A DNA stretch of 39,820 bases, from positions 1 through 39,820 of IMG/VR virus record IMGVR_UViG_3300005805_000189; one strand, 5' to 3'. Of the stretch, positions 34,518-39,820 are shown piece by piece; the stretch's first letter is position 1, and each line of letters starts with the position of its first letter. The stretch is from a virus. Its lineage: Duplodnaviria > Caudoviricetes. Position numbers and translations under genes: made by a program. The notes below the pieces were generated by a model that saw only the letters and a program-made list of their open reading frames with translations, was not told where the DNA came from and did no database searches.

Positions 34518-35478
34518 AGCATTAATCACTGGTATTTCTGGACAAGACGGCAGCTATCTTACTGAGTATCTATTGGAACTGGGTTACGAAGTTCACGGTA
34601 TCGTGCGTCGTCATAGCGTCGCTGAGAATCAGAGCGATAGGCTCGTAAACACTAACGATAAGATCACGACGTATTATGGTGATATGTTAGATGAGCATTC
34701 TCTCTACAATATTCTTGGTAATGTAAAGCCAGATGAGATTTATAATCTAGCTGCACAAAGTCATGTGCGTATTTCGAGCGATATCCCCGCGTTCACTATC
34801 AAGACCAACTCTATGGGTGTATTAAATCTCCTAGAAGCTGCAAGGACTATCGTTCCTAAAGCTAAAGTATATCAAGCTTCTTCTAGCGAGATGTTTGGTA
34901 ATTCCGTAGAATCCGACGGGTTTCAACGTCTTTCAACTCCGATGCATCCTGTCAGTCCGTACGGGTGCGCGAAGCTTCTTGGTTATAATCTTGTGCGCCA
35001 TTATCGCAATGCGTATAAGATGCACGTCTGTAATGGTATCCTGTTCAATCATGAATCTCCGCGTCGTGGTACTAACTTCGTCACGAACAAGGTGGTCAAG
35101 ACTGCTGTGATGATTCATAAGGGTATGATAGACAAGCTAGAACTCGGAAACATGGATAGCTCGCGTGATTGGGGACACAGCTACGACTACGTGCGCGCGA
35201 TGCACAAGATTATCAATCGCGAAGAAGCGTCGGATTGGATTGTTGCGACTGGCGAATCACACACTGTTCGCGAAATGTGCGAGTATGTTTTTAATTATCT
35301 GAACATGGACTATAAAGATTATGTGGTTCAGAATGAAAAACTTTTGCGCCCAGAAGAACTGAAATATCTTTGCGGCGATTCCGGGAGAACAAGAAAACTT
35401 CTTGACTGGCATCCTACGTATACATTTGAGTCTATGCTAGATGAGATGATCGAGCACTGGAAGTCGGAGTTTGCATAA
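34510..35478 (+). CDS. gmd: GDP-mannose 4,6-dehydratase
   Basis: ITGISGQDGSYL, NLAAQSHV, QASSSEMFG, SPYGCAK, GILFNHESPRRG, RDWGH. Confidence 0.96.
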   Translation: MTKALITGISGQDGSYLTEYLLELGYEVHGIVRRHSVAENQSDRLVNTNDKITTYYGDMLDEHSLYNILGNVKPDEIYNLAAQSHVRISSDIPAFTIKTNSMGVLNLLEAARTIVPKAKVYQASSSEMFGNSVESDGFQRLSTPMHPVSPYGCAKLLGYNLVRHYRNAYKMHVCNGILFNHESPRRGTNFVTNKVVKTAVMIHKGMIDKLELGNMDSSRDWGHSYDYVRAMHKIINREEASDWIVATGESHTVREMCEYVFNYLNMDYKDYVVQNEKLLRPEELKYLCGDSGRTRKLLDWHPTYTFESMLDEMIEHWKSEFA

Positions 35479-36480
35479 GTGTCCGCATTTAATTCTTTTC
35501 TCCGCTCACTCAATGCTCTCACGGATGATGAAGTAGCAAAAGTAGATGACTGCTACAATGTTGCGCGCAACGCAACAAGCGTGGCTGAGATAAAAAATGC
35601 GCTGAACATTGCTGCGACTATCATTATCGGGAAGCAGCCTAATCCGATTTTGTTTAGTCGCAGCAAAAATTTGCATGAACTTCCTTACAGCATTCTGGAT
35701 GCTCAGCGAGGTCTTCATGTTGTGCGTTCTGTTTTCGCTAATGAGGTTCATCTCCTTCGCGCTCGTAGGATCGAAAATAAATCTGTAATGCTCCAGACAT
35801 ATCTTGATGATGGTGTGGTATTACTTACAGATTTCTTAGGCGCTGACAATACTGATCTTATCCAAGAAATGGAACAGATTGACATCAGTGCTAATAAGCA
35901 ATTGTTCAATCTCATTGCTCGACTAGATAAACAATCTCTCGCACGTGATGTGATGTTTAATAGCAGACTTCGAGAATGTGTGTTTGAATGTTTGATGTTA
36001 CCTAGTAATCATTCAGACGCATCTACACAGTACGTAAATAACACGTTCATTCAGCGTGTTCATAATAAAGCAAACGATGGCGACGTGCAAAAAATTATGC
36101 ACTTCGATACCTATTATGATGCGCTGAAGTTCTGGTATTTCCCTAAAGAAGTCAGGATCGAGAACGGTCCTTTTACAATCTCACCCAAGTCACATATAAT
36201 GAACGAAGCTCGATTGACTTGGATGCAGTCTGCATATATGCGTTATTATGATAAGACTATCGAGCTAGAACGTACATATGGTCATGCGGAAGGATCGTTG
36301 AGAATTTTTCCGAATGAAATGGAAGCCATGAATCTTAGTGCCAGCCCAATGATTGTGCCAAAAGATACCTTGATCATTTCAAACGTCTTTGGTTTTCATG
36401 GGCGCGGAGAAGCCACAGTCGATTCGATCCGCGATTCAATCCACGGATCAGTAAGATTAAATTCCCCGTTCGATGAATAA
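35479..36480 (+). CDS. PhyH-like Fe(II)/2OG dioxygenase
   Basis: H.D (MHFDT), NGPF..SPKSH, GFHGRG. Confidence 0.75.
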   Translation: MSAFNSFLRSLNALTDDEVAKVDDCYNVARNATSVAEIKNALNIAATIIIGKQPNPILFSRSKNLHELPYSILDAQRGLHVVRSVFANEVHLLRARRIENKSVMLQTYLDDGVVLLTDFLGADNTDLIQEMEQIDISANKQLFNLIARLDKQSLARDVMFNSRLRECVFECLMLPSNHSDASTQYVNNTFIQRVHNKANDGDVQKIMHFDTYYDALKFWYFPKEVRIENGPFTISPKSHIMNEARLTWMQSAYMRYYDKTIELERTYGHAEGSLRIFPNEMEAMNLSASPMIVPKDTLIISNVFGFHGRGEATVDSIRDSIHGSVRLNSPFDE

Positions 36481-36484
36481 TGAT

Positions 36485-36514
36485 CTTGACAAAAAATGAT
36501 ATATATAGTACAAT
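36485..36514 (+). promoter_or_regulatory. sigma70-type promoter of the tRNA/ncRNA cluster
   Basis: TTGACA 36486-36491, 17 bp spacer, TACAAT 36509-36514. Confidence 0.8.
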
Positions 36515-36530
36515 AATAAAATAGAAATTT

Positions 36531-36606
36531 TTCCCGATAGCTCAGCTGGTAGAGCATTCGACTGTTAATCGAATTGTCCCAGGTTCGAGCCCTGGTCGGG
36601 GAGCCA
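36531..36606 (+). tRNA. tRNA-Asn(GTT)
   Basis: Cloverleaf; TTCGA-ctgttaa-TCGAA; CCA. Confidence 0.96.
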
Positions 36607-36611
36607 TATAT

Positions 36612-36687
36612 GCGGGATTAGCTCAGTGGTAGTAGCGTCTGCTTTACACGCAGAATGTCGGGAGTTCGACCCTCTCATCCCGCACCA
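36612..36687 (+). tRNA. tRNA-Val(TAC)
   Basis: Cloverleaf; TCTGC-tttacac-GCAGA; CCA. Confidence 0.95.
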
Positions 36688-36691
36688 AAAA

Positions 36692-36868
36692 CGGGTGATC
36701 GCGAAATAGATCCGAGAAAAGTCATGGTTAACTTTTCATCGCGCTTGGTCCGTCGCGATTAATAAGTCATATCAATTCGCGTTCGCGTGTGTGATATGGT
36801 GTTAAAGATGATCTGGGGTTATTGGTTCCAACCTTTAATTCGGGGATCTATCAGCTAACGGACCTCCA
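36692..36868 (+). ncRNA. candidate structured ncRNA A (multibranch, pseudoknot, ends in CCA)
   Basis: Five helices found by eye plus a 7-bp loop-to-3'-end pairing; lies between two tRNAs. Confidence 0.7.
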
Positions 36869-36873
36869 ATTTT

Positions 36874-36947
36874 GCCGCACTAGTATAATGGCATTACAGT
36901 GGTTTTGTAATCCTCTGATGGGAGTTCGATTCTTCCGTGCGGCACCA
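36874..36947 (+). tRNA. tRNA-Thr(TGT), non-canonical anticodon stem
   Basis: Acceptor GCCGCAC/GTGCGGC, T arm, CCA; anticodon stem GTGGT/TCCTC has two T-T mismatches. Confidence 0.85.
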
Positions 36948-36952
36948 AAGTT

Positions 36953-37084
36953 TGTGGTAAGAAAAGCACCAAAACGTGATGTATACTAGTTGTGTCACTG
37001 AGGGTCGGTTTGATCATCCGATAAAAGGAGAATGGGAAGTCCAGAAACATTTTGAACCGTTGGACGGATACCTCACCTGCCACA
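36953..37084 (+). ncRNA. candidate structured ncRNA B
   Basis: Closing helix TGTGGTA/TGCCACA enclosing four more helices. Confidence 0.55.
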
Positions 37085-37103
37085 TAATAAATAAAGATGC
37101 CTA

Positions 37104-37263
37104 TTCTACGGGACGGGATCCGTAGAACACTAGCAGTGAATTGGATGAATGTTTATTGCTGGATATAGTCAGGCGACGACTGGAGTTCGTCTTGATTCAT
37201 CCGTCTTCTCCCAAGAATCTGTCACGCGAAAAGGTGACGCTGGATGGCAGTAACCAGCAGATT
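37104..37263 (+). ncRNA. candidate structured ncRNA/leader C (pseudoknot plus three-way junction)
   Basis: 8-bp and 11-bp hairpins, an 8-bp loop pairing, and a three-way junction abutting the RBS. Confidence 0.65.
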
Positions 37264-37268
37264 AGGAA

Positions 37269-37859
37269 ATGTATATGTCATATTATGATCCATTGAAATA
37301 TCCGTATATTCAAGAAAACTTCTTGACATATGATGAGTGCGACGCTATCATAGCTTATACGGAAAAGAATTTGAACCTATTCGATAACTCCGGGCAGAAT
37401 AATGATTTTTGGTCTAAGAGAGTTATTGATTATCATAAAGTAGACGATGCGCCTCTGAGAAATAATATCGTGACAATCAGTCGCGACGTTGGCTGTGTGA
37501 TACATGCTCTAGCTAAAGATAAGAGACCGCTGGTTCCAGACACACTGCAGATAGTTCGTTGGATGCGAGGATATGAGCTGCATCCGCATGCTGATAGAGA
37601 AGAACCCAATGGTAAGCCTCATCCATTTCCTTGGCGAGATTTTGCTTCCGTCATATATCTGAATGACAATTTTGAAGGCGGACAGATTCATTGGCCTAAT
37701 AAAAAGATTGAGTGGAAACCTACAAAGGGATCGCTCGCGATATTTCCTGGGACTCTGGAATTCCTTCACGGAGTCCGCGAAGTTCCCGAAGGCGTACGAT
37801 ACACGATAGCATCGTTTTATACATACAATCAAGAGAAAGCAATCTCGGCATGGCGTTAG
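37269..37859 (+). CDS. 2OG-Fe(II) oxygenase (prolyl-4-hydroxylase-like)
   Basis: HAD, YLNDNFEGG, HGV..V..G.RY. Confidence 0.9.
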   Translation: MYMSYYDPLKYPYIQENFLTYDECDAIIAYTEKNLNLFDNSGQNNDFWSKRVIDYHKVDDAPLRNNIVTISRDVGCVIHALAKDKRPLVPDTLQIVRWMRGYELHPHADREEPNGKPHPFPWRDFASVIYLNDNFEGGQIHWPNKKIEWKPTKGSLAIFPGTLEFLHGVREVPEGVRYTIASFYTYNQEKAISAWR

Positions 37860-38587
37860 TGAAAGATCCGAACAAGATTGTTGCTATTCCGCATTCTGAT
37901 GGGATCGACTATCCTTGTGAAGCTCAGTATATGTCTTTGCGCGGGCAGAAACGTCGTGATTGGTTCAGTGATCACGCATATCTCTGCTTGCCTCTAGTCA
38001 TCGGAAATCAATATGGATATGTTGTCAAGTCGCAACATTCGTTTGACGCATTCTGGGACGGCGGACAAGGAAAAGACGCTACCCGTATCATCATGCGCGA
38101 AGAGACTAAGGGCGCGGGACAAATCGTTAAGTCGCATTTTGGTCTTGGCATCATAACTGTACAGAATAGCTTCGTTCTCAGAACGCCGGAGAACGTTAAT
38201 CTTATGACTATAAATCCTCCGAATTATTTTATTGATGGATTGGGTCATATGACGGGTATCATCGAGTGTGACAATTTACGTCGAGATTTTACATTCAATC
38301 TTAAGATCACTCGATCTAATTATTGGGTTACTGTTAATAAGGGCGATTGGATTGGTTGTTTCATTCCTACGCCTAGATACTATGTTGATTCATTTGATAT
38401 GGTAAATGCTAAGGGATATCTGACTGAAGAAGAAATTGCAGATGAGCAGCAATGCTCACGCGCATTCGGGGAAGAACGGAGTGGACCAGACAAAGAGCGA
38501 TCGCATCAAGCTGGTCGTCGATACTTTGACGGAGAAGACGTCTACGGAAATAAGTTCCCTGATCATCAGAAGCGTATGAATAAATAA
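37850..38587 (+). CDS. DUF6065-like protein
   Basis: RDWF..HAY.CLPL.IGNQYG, SHFG.GI.T, PPN, G.IE.D.L...FTFN.K.T. Confidence 0.75.
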   Translation: MALVKDPNKIVAIPHSDGIDYPCEAQYMSLRGQKRRDWFSDHAYLCLPLVIGNQYGYVVKSQHSFDAFWDGGQGKDATRIIMREETKGAGQIVKSHFGLGIITVQNSFVLRTPENVNLMTINPPNYFIDGLGHMTGIIECDNLRRDFTFNLKITRSNYWVTVNKGDWIGCFIPTPRYYVDSFDMVNAKGYLTEEEIADEQQCSRAFGEERSGPDKERSHQAGRRYFDGEDVYGNKFPDHQKRMNK

Positions 38588-38593
38588 AGAACT

Positions 38594-38667
38594 ATCAGAT
38601 AAGTGTTACGGTAGCACGGCGGTCTCCAAAACCGCAGGCGAGAGTTCGACTCTCTCATCTGGTGCCA
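38594..38667 (+). tRNA. tRNA-Trp(CCA)
   Basis: ATCAGAT/ATCTGGT acceptor; GCGGT-ctccaaa-ACCGC; CCA. Confidence 0.92.
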
Positions 38668-38686
38668 TTTTTAAAGGATTATCACT

Positions 38687-38806
38687 ATGAACAGATATGA
38701 TCATTGGTTATGGAACAGTTGGTTGATCAGTTGGTTAGAAGGTGCTACGCTTGACTTTAGTTCGTGGTTGTGGCGCAAACAATACAATAGGTCTGAAGAT
38801 AATTAA
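38687..38806 (+). CDS. small Trp-rich protein (39 aa, not in the ORF track)
   Basis: AAGGA RBS; MNRYDHWLWNSWLISWLEGATLDFSSWLWRKQYNRSEDN. Confidence 0.6.
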   Translation: MNRYDHWLWNSWLISWLEGATLDFSSWLWRKQYNRSEDN

Positions 38807-38807
38807 G

Positions 38808-38970
38808 AGTGCGCCGTGGGACTAACAGTTGGATCAGGCGTGTGAGAATGGTTACTCATATGCTCCGAGTTATCCACGCCTCCGGGTTGCATCTAACCAA
38901 TGCAGCCTCGCATGGACCGAGGGCGCTGTGGCCGAGCAGCAGGGAAGTTGGCTGAACACCAACATCGGCA
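38808..38970 (+). ncRNA. candidate structured ncRNA D (kissing loop)
   Basis: Long interrupted hairpin and a 9-bp hairpin with complementary loops TGGTTA/TAACCA; ends just before tRNA-Ser. Confidence 0.7.
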
Positions 38971-38977
38971 ATTATTA

Positions 38978-39070
38978 GGAAGAGTGACAGAGTCCGGTTT
39001 ATTGTACTTGTCTTGAAAACAAGCGTGCGTTAGTAGCGTACCGTGGGTTCGAATCCTACCTCTTCCGCCA
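38978..39070 (+). tRNA. tRNA-Ser(TGA)
   Basis: Cloverleaf with long variable arm; CTTGT-cttgaaa-ACAAG; CCA. Confidence 0.95.
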
Positions 39071-39075
39071 AATTC

Positions 39076-39151
39076 GCCCTCGTAGCCCAATGGCAGAGGC
39101 AGGAGACTTAAAATCTCCACAGTGTCGGTTCGAGTCCGACCGTGGGCACCA
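39076..39151 (+). tRNA. tRNA-Leu(TAA), short variable loop
   Basis: GGAGA-cttaaaa-TCTCC; T arm; CCA; 76 nt. Confidence 0.9.
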
Positions 39152-39165
39152 ATCGGAAAAAACAC

Positions 39166-39303
39166 ATGATACAAAATATTGCGCTAACTTTTGCCATATC
39201 TATGATAGGTTTGTTATTTGCAATATACATATTGTCGCTGATATGGTTTATTTTAGTAAAAATACCGTTGTCGATTTGGAATTTCATAAAAACTTATAAA
39301 TAA
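39166..39303 (+). CDS. small hydrophobic membrane protein (45 aa)
   Basis: Manual translation MIQNIALTFAISMIGLLFAIYILSLIWFILVKIPLSIWNFIKTYK; weak RBS. Confidence 0.45.
   Translation: MIQNIALTFAISMIGLLFAIYILSLIWFILVKIPLSIWNFIKTYK
39295..39302 (+). promoter_or_regulatory. T4-type late promoter
   Basis: Exact TATAAATA. Confidence 0.7.
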
Positions 39304-39371
39304 TGATAGTGAGTTGACTGAATTTTCCTGAATTAATTATTTCATAGTATTTAATTAATCAGGAGAAATAT

Positions 39372-39820
39372 ATGGATCCGATTACTATCTTAGCTTTAGC
39401 TAAGACCAGTTATTCTGCCATCAAAGCTGGTATTGCTGTCGGTAAAGAGATGCAAGGCATGGCTAAAGATTTAGCTGGCCTTTGGAAAGCGGTAGGACAA
39501 CTAACACAAATTGCAGCCGATCCTAAAGCTGGATTGATGAGCGGTAAAACGCTAGAGCAAGTGGCAATGGAAGCTTATGCAGCAAAAGCTGAAGCTATGA
39601 AGATGATGCACGATATTGAAATGCAGTTTATAACAGAACACGGATTAGCTGGATGGGATTCAGTCAGATCTATGGTTATAGAAATGCGAAAAAAACAACG
39701 TCGTTTGGAAGAAGAAGAACAAAAACGTCAAGAAGAATTGTTCGAAGTTATTTCTTTTGTAGGAAAAATAGTAGGCGCCTTTGTATTAGTTGTTTTTATA
39801 GTAGTATCATTATTATTGAC
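39372..39820 (+). CDS. conserved phage hypothetical membrane-anchored protein, 3' end beyond the window
   Basis: AGGAG RBS; MDPITILALAKTSYSAIKAGIAVGKEMQGM...; C-terminal TM. Confidence 0.8.
   Translation, partial: MDPITILALAKTSYSAIKAGIAVGKEMQGMAKDLAGLWKAVGQLTQIAADPKAGLMSGKTLEQVAMEAYAAKAEAMKMMHDIEMQFITEHGLAGWDSVRSMVIEMRKKQRRLEEEEQKRQEELFEVISFVGKIVGAFVLVVFIVVSLLL

Noticed and set aside
36692-37263. tmRNA, RNase P RNA, group I intron, hammerhead or cobalamin riboswitch as the identity of RNAs A-C
   Set aside because: No T-arm/acceptor pair or tag frame, no RNase P P4 consensus, no split tRNA exons, no CUGAnGA/GAAA core and no B12 box could be found by eye.
38893-39299. Track ORFs 38893..39174 (-) and 39090..39299 (+)
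   Set aside because: They overlap tRNA-Ser and tRNA-Leu; typical tRNA shadow ORFs.
1-39820. CRISPR array, integrase/transposase, stop-codon recoding, introns or inteins in gp41/nrdJ
   Set aside because: No regularly spaced repeats or mobile-element motifs were seen. Genes are full length in the standard code, there is no suppressor tRNA, and gp41 and NrdJ have ordinary lengths.

Overview
A 39.8 kb segment of a large T4-like myophage. The host is probably an alphaproteobacterium (Rhizobiales-like), inferred from an AADLP-type Omp25/RopB porin, an alpha-type YccA, and CTTGACA-N17-TAnnnT promoters. From left to right the window holds: gp46/gp47 on the minus strand, joined head-to-head at about 1140 to a plus-strand block (gp41 helicase, peptidase, glutaredoxin, NlpC/P60 hydrolase); a late block of probable capsid-internal and structural proteins (RNA-ligase-like protein, 1247-aa nucleotidyltransferase polyprotein, Dps, fibres, spanins); primase gp61 and a class II ribonucleotide reductase; two glycan/envelope-modification cassettes; an early-promoter island; and 10 CCA-ending tRNAs. 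The most notable observations are: four highly base-paired intergenic RNAs among the tRNAs (three with pseudoknot or kissing-loop pairings); an ArfA-like ORF whose stop codon lies in the anticodon loop of tRNA-Arg; a ligase plus nucleotidyltransferase module with a tandem-hairpin leader and a consensus antisense promoter; and an inversion-like junction that truncates gp47. All family calls come from motif recognition by eye, not from database searches.
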